From assembly GCA_963708295.1 (NCBI GenBank), contig CAVPSJ010000014.1, forward strand, positions 96,001 to 160,000: a stretch of 64,000 nt of DNA, in the 5' to 3' direction. Shown here piece after piece: positions 50,624-60,792 of the stretch. Positions within the stretch are counted from its first letter, which is position 1. The number at the start of each line of letters is the position of its first letter. The position numbers and the translations under genes are program-made. Under the pieces are notes generated by a model. That model was not told the origin of the DNA. It did not search any database and was given only the letters and a program-made list of their open reading frames with translations. Source of the DNA: an uncultured delta proteobacterium (GTDB lineage: Bacteria; Desulfobacterota; BSN033; UBA1163).

Positions 50624-51334
50624 ATGATTGATCAGCAAAGCCACATGATAACAGTTCAGGCCGAGCCACAGCCGATCCTTGTAGATCTTGCAAGAACAGC
50701 TTTGCTCGTCGTGGATATGCAGAATGCTTTTGCACACCCAGGAGGTTATTTCGATCTGGTGGGCTTAGACATAACCCCCATACGACGAATTATTGAACCT
50801 TGCAGAAAGATCATCGACGCTGCCCATACCCAAGGCATCAGGATCATTTATCTCCAGATGGGATGCAGTTTAGATCTCTCCGACAAGGGATCGCCTGATT
50901 CACCGAGTTCGATCAAATCCCGGGTGTTGTCTATGATGAAGGAGCACCCTGAATGGAAAGACAAGTTTTACATCTATGGCACCTGGGGGGCGGAGATCAT
51001 CGAAGAGCTGAAGCCTCTTGAAGGGGATATCGTCGTTAGAAAGCAAAAGCACGATGGGTTCATTGGAACAAACCTGGACATCATTCTAAGAACCCTCGGG
51101 GCCAAATACCTGTTCTTTGTCGGAGCAGCCACGAACATATGTGTTGAATCGACACTTAGGCATGCTTTTTCGCTGGACTATTTTCCCGTTCTTGTATCCG
51201 ACGCCGTGAGCCCAATGGGGTCAAACATCACCCAAGATGCGACCATTCTCAATGTTCAGTCGACCTTTGGATGGGTGGCGAATGCTGAAGATCTATTACG
51301 TGCAATACGCTCTATCGAGAAAGAAAGGAGGTGA
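50624..51334 (+). CDS. Isochorismatase-family cysteine hydrolase (RutB-like amidohydrolase)
   Basis: ALLVVDMQNAF, GTWGAEIIEELKP, K...GF, ATNICVESTLR (D-K-C triad). Confidence 0.88.
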   Translation: MIDQQSHMITVQAEPQPILVDLARTALLVVDMQNAFAHPGGYFDLVGLDITPIRRIIEPCRKIIDAAHTQGIRIIYLQMGCSLDLSDKGSPDSPSSIKSRVLSMMKEHPEWKDKFYIYGTWGAEIIEELKPLEGDIVVRKQKHDGFIGTNLDIILRTLGAKYLFFVGAATNICVESTLRHAFSLDYFPVLVSDAVSPMGSNITQDATILNVQSTFGWVANAEDLLRAIRSIEKERR

Positions 51335-51451
51335 TCTATACGCTCGGGTGGGGGAGGTGCCGAATACATCATCGGCATCGTTCGTTTGAAAAGAAAGGAT
51401 TGCCAAACAGGAGTTCTTAAAAGGTTTTATCCTCTCGAAAGGAGGGAAAAA

Positions 51452-52675
51452 ATGAATCGCACTTTGAAATATTTTAGATTTATAGCTTGTTTAGCTTTAC
51501 TGATGGTGTTCATTCTCCCGTGTGTTGGTTATCCTCAGGCAAAGGACAAAATCCGTATCGGTAATGCCATCGCTCTCTCAGGTCCTTATGTGGCCGGGGC
51601 GGTAATGACGCAGGTAAACCCCTATGACATGTGGGTCAAGGAGGTCAATGCGAAAGGTGGAATCTTTGTTAAGGAGTATAACAAAAAATTGCCCGTGGAG
51701 ATGATCAGGTACGACGATAAAAGTGACGTCGGAACCGCCGTGAAGCTGGTCGAAAAGCTGATCTTGGATGACAAGGTTGACCTTCTGCTGCCCCCTTGGA
51801 GTACGGGGATGAACTTTGCCATCGCCCCCATTATCACCAAATACGAATACCCTGTACTCGGGGTCACGGTTGACTCCATGAAGATTAAGGAAATAGCGCC
51901 CACCATCCCCTACTTTTTTGTACACCTGAACCAGCCTCCGGTAAAGGCGGAAGCCATCGTGCCGCTGTGCAAGGAATTGGGAGTCAAGACCGCCGTGGTG
52001 ATCCATCACTCGGATTTGCACGGCATAGAGTTTGCCGGCTATGTGGCACCCCAGTTAAGCGTCAATGGAATCGACGTCGTCATGTACAAGACCTATCCAA
52101 TGGGTGCCAAGGATCTTTCCCCGCTGCTGAAAAAGATTAAGGCCGCAAAACCCGATGCGTTTTTTGCATTCTCCTACCCTGATGAAACCTTCCTTCTTGC
52201 CGGACAGTCCAAGGCGATTGGATTTAATCCAAAGCTCTTTTACACCAGTATTGGCACGGCCTTCGCAGCCTATCGGGATGCCTTTGGTGCCAAAACGGTG
52301 GAGGGTGTAATGGGCACGGGCGCCTGGAACCCGAAAGTGCCTTATCCCGGAGCGAAGGAATTCTGGGACAGGATGGTCCAGTTTGCCGGCGCAGGAAAGG
52401 TTGACTGGTACGGGAACGCCTTCTGTTACTCCTCGATGCAGGTCCTGGAGCAGGCGATAGAGAAGGCCGGGACACTTGACAGAAAGAAGATAAGGGATGT
52501 CATTGCCACCAGCACATTTCAGACAGTCATCGGCCCGGTAAGATACGAGAATCAGATTAACGTTCAATCACCCGGCGAGGTAGGACAGTGGCAGAATGGG
52601 GCATTCGAAATCGTAGCGGCTAAAGAAAAGCGGACCGCAAAACCTATCTATCCTAAACCCCCATGGCCAAAGTAG
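51452..52675 (+). CDS. Liv-type ABC substrate-binding protein
   Basis: Signal peptide; IRIGNAIALSG, YDDKSD, LLLPPWST, GQWQNG. Confidence 0.88.
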   Translation: MNRTLKYFRFIACLALLMVFILPCVGYPQAKDKIRIGNAIALSGPYVAGAVMTQVNPYDMWVKEVNAKGGIFVKEYNKKLPVEMIRYDDKSDVGTAVKLVEKLILDDKVDLLLPPWSTGMNFAIAPIITKYEYPVLGVTVDSMKIKEIAPTIPYFFVHLNQPPVKAEAIVPLCKELGVKTAVVIHHSDLHGIEFAGYVAPQLSVNGIDVVMYKTYPMGAKDLSPLLKKIKAAKPDAFFAFSYPDETFLLAGQSKAIGFNPKLFYTSIGTAFAAYRDAFGAKTVEGVMGTGAWNPKVPYPGAKEFWDRMVQFAGAGKVDWYGNAFCYSSMQVLEQAIEKAGTLDRKKIRDVIATSTFQTVIGPVRYENQINVQSPGEVGQWQNGAFEIVAAKEKRTAKPIYPKPPWPK

Positions 52676-52680
52676 ACATT

Positions 52681-52728
52681 CCCCAATCCCCCCGACCCCC
52701 TTTGCTAAAAGGGGCGAGGGGGGATTTA
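52681..52728. repeat. REP-like hairpin
   Basis: aatccccc..ccccctttgctaaaagggg..agggggattt. Confidence 0.55.
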
Positions 52729-52790
52729 TGAGATTGTGTCTCTCCGGGCAGCCTGCAAAGTTTAGTTCCTGAAGTGAGAAAGGTATTCCT

Positions 52791-53660
52791 GTGTTTTCAA
52801 CCATCTTAGATGTAGTCATTGGCGGCCTAATCATGGGGGGCATCTACGCCCTGATCGCCGTGGGGCTCGGCCTTCAGTATGGTGTTGGACGAGTACTGAA
52901 CGTCTCTCATGGCGAGTTCATTATGATCGGTGCCTTTGCCACTTGGTCGTTATACACATTATTGGGGATTAGCCCTTTGCTCTCTCTTGTCATTTGCGGT
53001 CCTGTTCTGTTCATTATCGGTTTTTTAATTCACAGAACTCTCTTTCAATATTTGAGAGATCAATCGGAATCGATAGGCGCTTTTGCGGATAGCTCCCTCT
53101 TAGCCTCCTTTGGTCTCCTCTTCATTATTCAGAATGTGGCATTATTAATATGGAAGGCTGACATAAGAGGGTACTCCTATTTGGATTCCTCAATAAGTAT
53201 TTTTGATGCCATATTTGCGGTCAATCGCTTAGTCGCCCTTTTGTTTGCTGTCGTCATCAGCTCGGTCTTCTATATCTTTCTAACACGTACACGCCTGGGA
53301 AAAGCGATTAGGGCCGCCGCGGAAGACCCCGTGACAGCCCAGGTGATGGGGGTAAACATTCATCGAGTGTTGGCGATCTGCTTTGGTCTGGGGGCGTTGA
53401 TGGCTGGTTTTGCAGGTCCTCTGATCAGCATGATCTACGAGATTCAACCAACGATGGGCCTCGAGTATACCATCATTGCCATTATCGTTGTCGTCCTGGG
53501 CGGATTAGGAAGTATCACCGGCAGTTTAATCGGCGGTTTTATTCTGGGACTTATCGGCAGCATCGTGACCTATTTCGACGCAGGTTTATCGTTGGTTGCC
53601 TACTATGTTATCTTTATACTGCTGCTCCTGATCAGGCCAACAGGTATTTTGGGAAAATAG
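52791..53660 (+). CDS. livH: ABC permease (LivH)
   Basis: YALIAVGLGLQYGV..LNVSHGE, GKAIRA, VLGGLGS, IRPTG. Confidence 0.88.
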   Translation: MFSTILDVVIGGLIMGGIYALIAVGLGLQYGVGRVLNVSHGEFIMIGAFATWSLYTLLGISPLLSLVICGPVLFIIGFLIHRTLFQYLRDQSESIGAFADSSLLASFGLLFIIQNVALLIWKADIRGYSYLDSSISIFDAIFAVNRLVALLFAVVISSVFYIFLTRTRLGKAIRAAAEDPVTAQVMGVNIHRVLAICFGLGALMAGFAGPLISMIYEIQPTMGLEYTIIAIIVVVLGGLGSITGSLIGGFILGLIGSIVTYFDAGLSLVAYYVIFILLLLIRPTGILGK

Positions 53661-53664
53661 AGAA

Positions 53665-54615
53665 ATGGACCGTATCCGAGTGACCACTCAAAGACTCTTT
53701 CCCTTTGGAACAATTTTCTTAATCCTCATCCTATTAGCAACTCTCCCTCTTTATGTCCAGCCTTATCTTGTGATATTACTGACCACCATCCTCATGTATG
53801 TCATCATTACGGTAAGCTGGACAATCTTCTCCGGACCTACCCGCTACATTTCTCTCGCATCCGCCGCCTTCTTCGGGGTCGGCGTATATACCTCGGCTTT
53901 ACTAGGGAAAGCATTCCCCCTGCCTGTTGTTATTGTTGCAGGCAGTCTATTCAGTTTCATACTTGCCCTTTGTATTGGCCTTCTAACCTTGAGGCTAAGA
54001 GGCATGTATTTCATCATATTCACTTTCTCGATCACTGAGCTCATGAGACACTTCCTCCTATGGTGGGAGACGACCATGACGGGTACGGTTGGCAGGTGGG
54101 TTGTCATCGTGGACCACACGGTTGTCTATTACGTCATGCTCGTCATTTTCGTCTTGGTGCTGCTTGCTGCTCACCTCATTAGACGCTCCAGATTCGGGTT
54201 AGCCTTGAGAAGTATCGGGGAACAAGAGGAGGCGGCAACTCACATCGGTATCAATGCAACTTTAGTGAAGACGATCACCTTTGCCATCAGCGCCTTCTTC
54301 ATGGGAGCGACGGGGGCGATCATGGCGACAAAATGGAAGTACATTGACCCAAGAATTGCCTTTGATCCCCTTCTTTCTTTTATGCCTGTTCTTATGGCAA
54401 TCTTCGGAGGTACGGGGCAACTTTTTGGTCCTGTCTTCGGAGCCGCCGTTTTTGCCTACTTAGAAGAAGTACTGACAACGAAGTTCCCCTACTATTATAT
54501 GCTCCTTTTCGGCAGTATCTTGATCGTCGTTATCTTGTTCCTGCCTCATGGTATGGTAGGGTTGGTGCAAAAGTGGCGGAAAGGGGGTTTGAAGCGGCAG
54601 AATGCAAATCCTTGA
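53665..54615 (+). CDS. livM: ABC permease (LivM)
   Basis: SGPTRYISLASAAFFG, LRLRGMYF, AIFGG, LPHG. Confidence 0.88.
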   Translation: MDRIRVTTQRLFPFGTIFLILILLATLPLYVQPYLVILLTTILMYVIITVSWTIFSGPTRYISLASAAFFGVGVYTSALLGKAFPLPVVIVAGSLFSFILALCIGLLTLRLRGMYFIIFTFSITELMRHFLLWWETTMTGTVGRWVVIVDHTVVYYVMLVIFVLVLLAAHLIRRSRFGLALRSIGEQEEAATHIGINATLVKTITFAISAFFMGATGAIMATKWKYIDPRIAFDPLLSFMPVLMAIFGGTGQLFGPVFGAAVFAYLEEVLTTKFPYYYMLLFGSILIVVILFLPHGMVGLVQKWRKGGLKRQNANP

Positions 54616-55321
54616 AGGGAAAAATGTCACGAAACACTTTGGCGGGCTGGCCGCTGTGCATCAGGTTGACTTCGACATCCAGCAAGGGGAGGTCGTAGGA
54701 CTGATCGGTCCGAACGGGGCAGGTAAAACAACCCTTTTCAATTTGATCTCCGGCTCTCTCCCGACAACAGGAGGAGAAATAAGATATAAAGGTAAGAAAA
54801 TAACCGGGCTGAAACCCCATCAAATCTGCAAAAAGGGAGTAGCCAGAACTTTTCAATCCGCTAAACTCTTCTCCGGAATGAGCGTTTTTGAAAATGCACT
54901 CGGAGCCTCCTTGTTCGGGACGAAAAGGGCCATCTCTGTCCCCGATGCCAGGAGGGAAGCGGCGGAATTACTGGAGTTTGTCGAGCTGTCAACGGTGAGA
55001 GAGATGCTCGCCAAAGACCTGCCGATCGCTGATCGAAAGCGTCTTGAAGTTGCTCGAGCATTGGCTACGAAGCCAGATCTACTGATGTTCGACGAGGTGA
55101 TGGCGGGGTTGAACCCTACCGAGATCGCTCAGGCGATGGAGCTGATCACAGAGATTCGGAAAAAGGGGATAACCATTTTCATGATCGAACATGTGATGAA
55201 GGCCATTATGAACGTTTGCGATCGAATCATCGTGCTCCATCATGGCAGTAAGATTGCGGAAGGAACGCCTGGGGAGATTGCTACCAGCCGGACAGTTATT
55301 GAAGTATATTTAGGGGAATAA
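54602..55321 (+). CDS. livG: ABC ATP-binding protein (LivG)
   Basis: GPNGAGKTT, ARTFQ, DEVMAGLN. Confidence 0.9.
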   Translation: MQILEGKNVTKHFGGLAAVHQVDFDIQQGEVVGLIGPNGAGKTTLFNLISGSLPTTGGEIRYKGKKITGLKPHQICKKGVARTFQSAKLFSGMSVFENALGASLFGTKRAISVPDARREAAELLEFVELSTVREMLAKDLPIADRKRLEVARALATKPDLLMFDEVMAGLNPTEIAQAMELITEIRKKGITIFMIEHVMKAIMNVCDRIIVLHHGSKIAEGTPGEIATSRTVIEVYLGE

Positions 55322-55322
55322 G

Positions 55323-55419
55323 CCCCGTTAGAAAAGACGGGACATTGACTCTGCCCTTTCGATGAATCATTGAAGTGTTGGCGATATTATCCTTGTATGA
55401 GTGCAACTTTCTAACGGGG
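55323..55419. mobile_element. ~97 bp MITE-like element
   Basis: 12-bp terminal inverted repeats CCCCGTTAGAAA / TTTCTAACGGGG filling the livG-livF gap. Confidence 0.65.
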
Positions 55420-55426
55420 TAAACCC

Positions 55427-56131
55427 ATGCTGGCAGTCAACCATATCGATGCTTTCTATGGAAGGGTTCAGGCCCTATGGGATGTTACCTTAAGAATCAA
55501 TGAAGGAGAAATCGTTGCCTTGGTGGGCGCCAATGGAGCCGGCAAAACGACATTACTCAATATCATATTCAGGCTCCATCGCCCGGCTTCAGGAACGGTG
55601 GAGTTTCTGGGGAGGCGGATAGATGGCCTGGCACCTCACCACATTGGGGAGCTGGGTATCTCTTATGTTCCGGAAGGCGGCAGGCCCTTTAGGGAAATGA
55701 CCGTACGTGAGAATCTGGAAATGGGTGCTTATGTTTATGAAGCCTGGAAACAGAAGGAAGAGACGCTCAGCCAGGTTTATAATATGTTTCCAAGGTTGAA
55801 AGAAAGACAGAGACAGTTAGTCGGGACACTGAGTGGTGGCGAACTTCAAATGGTAGCCATCGGGCGAGGGTTAATGTCAAGACCAAAGCTGTGCGTTTTT
55901 GATGAACCCTCCTATGGCTTGGCACCCCTCTTGGTAAAAGAAATCTTTCGTATCGTACAGGGGCTTCACGAACGGGGGATTGCCATCTTGCTGATTGAGC
56001 AGAATGTCCGCCAGACCCTGGAGATAGCGGACAGGGCTTACGTGCTCGAAAATGGCCGGATCGTCTCAGAAGGGAAAAGTGGAGAGCTTCTGCAAGACGA
56101 TCACATCAAGAAGGCCTATCTAGGTTTATAA
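55427..56131 (+). CDS. livF: ABC ATP-binding protein (LivF)
   Basis: GANGAGKTT, LSGGELQM, DEPSYGLAP. Confidence 0.9.
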   Translation: MLAVNHIDAFYGRVQALWDVTLRINEGEIVALVGANGAGKTTLLNIIFRLHRPASGTVEFLGRRIDGLAPHHIGELGISYVPEGGRPFREMTVRENLEMGAYVYEAWKQKEETLSQVYNMFPRLKERQRQLVGTLSGGELQMVAIGRGLMSRPKLCVFDEPSYGLAPLLVKEIFRIVQGLHERGIAILLIEQNVRQTLEIADRAYVLENGRIVSEGKSGELLQDDHIKKAYLGL

Positions 56132-56301
56132 TGGCAGGCCGGTTAAGAATTCCCCTGGGGGGACCATCATAGGCAACGGGTGTTTCTTCTCCAATCTGGC
56201 CAACCAGAAGAAATTCGAGAAGGCTCTATTCTTGTTGAAAAGGAGCTTTCAGCTGTCCTATCATTGAAGAAATTGCATCCAATGATGTTCGGTGAGGACA
56301 A

Positions 56302-57036
56302 TTGGAGATTTATAGGCTTCTTGAGGCAGAAGGGATAACAAAACATTTTGGGGGATTATCTGTCCTTCAGGATGTCACCCTAAACATCGATCAAGGGGAA
56401 ATTGTTGGGCTCATCGGGCCAAACGGAGCAGGGAAAACTACCCTTTTCAATGTCATCACCGGCATTTTCCGTCCGAATGAAGGCATGATTCGGTTCAATG
56501 GGAAAAATTTGGTGGGCCTAAAGCCCCACCAAATTTGTCGAAGAGGCATTGCCAGAACCTTCCAACTGGTAAGGGTCTTTCCCGATATGACCGCCATTGA
56601 AAACGTCCTTGTGGGAGCCATCTATGGCAAGGGTGGCATAAAGAAGAGGCCGATGGAAGAGGCCATCGAATGTTTGAAGATATTGGACCTTCTGGAGAAA
56701 AAGGATATCATCTCAGCACACCTGACCTACTCTGACCGAAGATTAGTGGAAATTGCAAGGGCCTTGGCTGCCAAGCCAAAGCTGGCCCTTCTCGATGAAC
56801 CCTTGGCAGGACTCAATCCGACAGAAACCTCTAAAATGGCGTCTTTGATTCAGGAGATACGGGCATCCAGGGGAATTTCCGTCTTATGGATCGAACATAA
56901 AATGGATGCCATCTTCAGCATCTGTGATCGGATTGTGGTTCTTGACTATGGCAAGAAAATTGCTGAAGGCGCCCCTGGAGAAATTGCAACCAACGAAAAG
57001 GTGGTGGAGGCATATCTTGGCGAACCCCCTCAATGA
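56302..57036 (+). CDS. livG: ABC ATP-binding protein (LivG)
   Basis: GPNGAGKTT, ARTFQ, LLDEPLAGLN. Confidence 0.9.
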   Translation: MEIYRLLEAEGITKHFGGLSVLQDVTLNIDQGEIVGLIGPNGAGKTTLFNVITGIFRPNEGMIRFNGKNLVGLKPHQICRRGIARTFQLVRVFPDMTAIENVLVGAIYGKGGIKKRPMEEAIECLKILDLLEKKDIISAHLTYSDRRLVEIARALAAKPKLALLDEPLAGLNPTETSKMASLIQEIRASRGISVLWIEHKMDAIFSICDRIVVLDYGKKIAEGAPGEIATNEKVVEAYLGEPPQ

Positions 57037-57756
57037 AAGACATCTTGCTTAAAGTAACCAACCTGGAGGTCTTCTACGGAGATGCCCAGGCCCTATGGGA
57101 TATCAGTTTCTATGTGAATCAGGAAGAAATCTTTTCCATTATAGGAGCAAACAGTGCAGGAAAATCAACTATTCTGAAGATCCATTTCCGGATTGATTCC
57201 TCCTTCTTCCGGTCAAGGAGAGTTCCTTGGATCACGCATTGATGGGGCCGAACCCGATGCCATTGTGGATCTCGGCATATCTCTTGTGCCAAGAGGGAAG
57301 AGGTCTTTTCTCAAAACTTACCGTCTTGGAGAACCTTGAGTTAGGTGCATTTACCAAACGAGCACGGCCTTTTATGAAAGAATCTCTGAAATGGGTGATG
57401 GAGATGTTTCCAATTCTCAAAGAACGAAAGGGCCAGCTTGCTGGAAGGATGAGTGGAGGAGAGCAACAGATGATCGCCATTGGAAGGGCCTTGATGTCCA
57501 GACCAAGACTTCTCATGTTGGATGAACCTTCTCTCGGGCTGGCTCCTCTTGTTGTAAAGTTGATCTTCGAACTCATCCAAACACTCAATGACCAGAAGGT
57601 CACCATTTTGCTTGTGGAGCAAAATATTCATCAGGCCTTAAAAATCGCCCATCGTGCCTTGTCCTCAAGACAGGGAGGGTGACGATGACGGGCAAAGGAG
57701 AGGAACTCTTGACGGACCCTGAGATTCAGAAGGCCTATATGGGTACGCTGAAGTAA
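57033..57756 (+). CDS. livF: ABC ATP-binding protein (LivF), several frameshifts
   Basis: GANSAGKST in 57033..57242; MSGGEQQM and LDEPSLGLAP in 57227..57682; tail IQKAYMG. Confidence 0.8.
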
Positions 57757-57819
57757 GGCCGTGTGTTCGGTGTGATTGAAAAGATAATTTCAGCAACACC
57801 AACCCAAAGGAGGTACAAC

Positions 57820-58599
57820 ATGTCCTATCCAAAACCGTTCAACCTGGGTGGAAAGGTAGCCCTTGTGACAGGAGCAGCAGGCGGCTTAGGAGTGAGCTTT
57901 GCCGAGGCAATGGCCGAAGCAGGAGCCGATGTGGTTTGTGCTGACATCAATGCGAAAGGCCTCCAAAAAACAGTGAAGAAAATTGAGAAAATCGGGAAGA
58001 AGGGTGTCGCCGTCATTTGTGATGTATCGAAAGAAGAAGATGTTAAAAGAATGATGGAAATCACGATAAACACTTTCGGCCGGTTAGACATCCTTTTTAA
58101 TAACGCCGGGATCGCCGAAGAAGTGCCCAAACCATTGCATGAATACACGACGGAGGAATGGAACCGCATCCTATCGGTCGATCTCCAAGGGGTCTTTTTC
58201 TGTGCGAGAGAAGCCCTTAAGATCATGTTGAAGCAAAAGAGTGGAAAGATTATTAATATCGCATCGATTTGGGGATTGGCAGGATCCTCCAGCATTATGC
58301 CCATACCGGCTTATAATGCGGCTAAAGGAGCGGTGGTCAATCTGACCCGTGAACTCGGACTTGAATATGCGGCCTTAGGTATCAATGTCAATGCAATCTG
58401 TCCGGGTTTCTACCGGACGAACTTGGGAGGCGGCTCAGACGATCCAAGTTTCGTTAAGGTGGTTAAGGAATTTGTTCCCATGGGGAAAATGGCAGAACCG
58501 GAGGATTTAAAAGGGACTGCAATTTATCTGGCCTCTGAGGCTTCTGATTATATGTGTGGTCAAACCATTGTAACCGATGGCGGTATTTTGGCAAAATAG
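57820..58599 (+). CDS. SDR family oxidoreductase
   Basis: TGAAGGLG, NNAG, YNAAK; RBS aaggagg. Confidence 0.92.
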   Translation: MSYPKPFNLGGKVALVTGAAGGLGVSFAEAMAEAGADVVCADINAKGLQKTVKKIEKIGKKGVAVICDVSKEEDVKRMMEITINTFGRLDILFNNAGIAEEVPKPLHEYTTEEWNRILSVDLQGVFFCAREALKIMLKQKSGKIINIASIWGLAGSSSIMPIPAYNAAKGAVVNLTRELGLEYAALGINVNAICPGFYRTNLGGGSDDPSFVKVVKEFVPMGKMAEPEDLKGTAIYLASEASDYMCGQTIVTDGGILAK

Positions 58600-58692
58600 T
58601 AGACTGGTAAAGCCGACTTACAGGTAAAATGACCTTTTGACCAACTCGCCAGACGCCCAGAAGACTTACAGGGGGACACAGGGGCAAAATTC

Positions 58693-59679
58693 ATGTTAGA
58701 TTACCTTTCTTTTAACCTCCTCGCGCAGCTTTCTATAAACGGCATCCTTTTCGGGACAATGTATGGTATAGCAGCCATTGGACTTAGCCTCATCTTTGGG
58801 ACGATGCAGATTATATTTCTCGCCCAGGGGACGATGATCATTTTGGCTGCCTTTTTTTGTTTTTGGATGTTTTCAATCTACTCCATAGATCCCTATCTCT
58901 CTCTCCTGATCATCATTCCTGCCTCTCTCGTCTTCGGCCGGGGATTTTATGAAGTTGTTTTTAGAAAAGTAGCAGGGTCTAAAATTACTTCTCTCTTGAT
59001 TGCCTTTGGGTTGATGGCCCTCTTAGAGCATCTCATGACGGTGTTGTGGACAGCCAATACCAGGGCGATTAGGACGAACTACACGGCTTATAGTATCACA
59101 GCATTTGGCCTTAAGATCTCCTTTACGCGGCTTATTGCATTTTTTATCGCTCTGCTTTCTGCTTTGGGGGTGACTCTCTTCCTAAAAAAGACGCTCATAG
59201 GAAAAGCCGTCAGGGCGGCTTCGGAGAATCTTGTGTCCTGTAGACTCGTAGGCATCATTCCTCATCAGGTAAACGGGATTACCTTTGCGATCGGCATTGG
59301 CCTCGCGGCAATTGCGGGAATCGCTACGGCAACCACTTACCCTTTCGATCCCTATTCCGGATTCATCTTCAGCCTGAAGGCCATGGTCGCACTCGCCCTG
59401 GGAGGTCTTGGCAGTGTTTGGGGAGCCTTTTTAGGGGGCGTGATCTTAGGTGTCTTGGAGAGCTGGGGATCCTTTTTTATAAGTGGTGGCTGGGCCGATG
59501 CAATATCCTATGCTGTGTTTTTAGGGATTTTGATGTTCAGACCCGAGGGTCTCTTTGGGCGATCATCCGATAAAGCGGGAGAGAGTGCAACATCCTTGGC
59601 GCCTGATGTTACACCGTCTCAAATCATGACCGGATATTGGAACATATCACCAAAAGTCCGCGGGGCCCTTCTATTTTGA
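58693..59679 (+). CDS. livH: ABC permease (LivH), in frame with the following LivM domain
   Basis: IGLSLIFG, GKAVRA, LALGGLGS, FRPEGLFG, then a linker. Confidence 0.85.
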   Translation: MLDYLSFNLLAQLSINGILFGTMYGIAAIGLSLIFGTMQIIFLAQGTMIILAAFFCFWMFSIYSIDPYLSLLIIIPASLVFGRGFYEVVFRKVAGSKITSLLIAFGLMALLEHLMTVLWTANTRAIRTNYTAYSITAFGLKISFTRLIAFFIALLSALGVTLFLKKTLIGKAVRAASENLVSCRLVGIIPHQVNGITFAIGIGLAAIAGIATATTYPFDPYSGFIFSLKAMVALALGGLGSVWGAFLGGVILGVLESWGSFFISGGWADAISYAVFLGILMFRPEGLFGRSSDKAGESATSLAPDVTPSQIMTGYWNISPKVRGALLF

Positions 59680-60591
59680 CGACTTCTGGCCTTTTGTGTT
59701 GTTCCTTTTATCTTTGATACGGAGAAGTCATACGTCATCTATTTCCTATTCCTTGCATTTATCTACATTGCCCTTAGCCAGGCATGGAACTTAATTGCCG
59801 GGTATACGGGACAGGTCTCCCTCGGGCATCATGCCTTCTTCGCAATTGGTGCCTATGTGACAGGGATGATATGGGTCCATAAATTGACGGGAACAGGATA
59901 TTATTTTGATCCGGTGACCATGTTTCTCAGCGGACTTGGATCAGCGATTTTTGCGGTGCTCATCGGCATTCCGCTTCTTTCAAAACTTCGAGGAGATTAC
60001 TTCGCTCTTGGAACCCTGGGACTGGGCGAAATCCTCAGAGTCCTCTTTATCAAGGGTGGAAGTTTCACAGGTGGAGCGGTGGGACTCATGCTCCCCTCAG
60101 GCATATACACATCTATGATGCCTTATTATTTTACCGGCCTGTTTTTGGCTTTATTAGCGACGGGAATTACGTATTCCATGGTCAGATCACGGATAGGTCT
60201 CGCTCTGAGGGCAATTCATCAAGATGAAATTGCTGCTGCAGCCAACGGCATCCATATCCTGAAGTATAAGGTTTTGGCCTTTGCCGTCGGTGCTTTTTTA
60301 GCGGGACTCTGCGGCAGTCTCCAAGGATATTACCTTTTTCATATTCACCCTGAAGGATTTTTAAACCTGAACTGGACACTTTATCCTATCCTCATGTGTG
60401 TATTAGGAGGGATTGGAACGATCGTAGGCCCTATCATAGGAGCTGTGTTCTTAACAGGCGTATTCTCTCTGGCAAACATCTATTTGCCTGAAATTCACCC
60501 CATTTTCTCGGGTGCTCTGATCATTGTCGTGATGCTGTTTTTGCCCAACGGGGTGGTTCGGCTCAGAATCCGAAAGAAACACCTTGGCTAA
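59680..60591 (+). CDS. livM: ABC permease (LivM domain); its 5' part has no start codon and follows an in-frame TGA
   Basis: AWNLIAGYTGQVSLGHHAFF, LRGDYFALGTL, VLGGIGT, LPNG. Confidence 0.8.
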   Translation, partial: RLLAFCVVPFIFDTEKSYVIYFLFLAFIYIALSQAWNLIAGYTGQVSLGHHAFFAIGAYVTGMIWVHKLTGTGYYFDPVTMFLSGLGSAIFAVLIGIPLLSKLRGDYFALGTLGLGEILRVLFIKGGSFTGGAVGLMLPSGIYTSMMPYYFTGLFLALLATGITYSMVRSRIGLALRAIHQDEIAAAANGIHILKYKVLAFAVGAFLAGLCGSLQGYYLFHIHPEGFLNLNWTLYPILMCVLGGIGTIVGPIIGAVFLTGVFSLANIYLPEIHPIFSGALIIVVMLFLPNGVVRLRIRKKHLG

Positions 60592-60792
60592 GGGTGTTGC
60601 AGATAAATCTTAGTGCGCGTGCAGCTTAATACATGACCCTTAAATCAAAATCATCTTGCAATATAGATGCATTTTTGTGCTACACCATTCAGGAGGAAAG
60701 GGGGTGACAGGTTTCAAGAGATGATGATAGAAGGTCGGTGTTTGAGGTTTTAAACAGAGTGATCAATATTAAGAAAGGAAGGAGGTTTTGAG

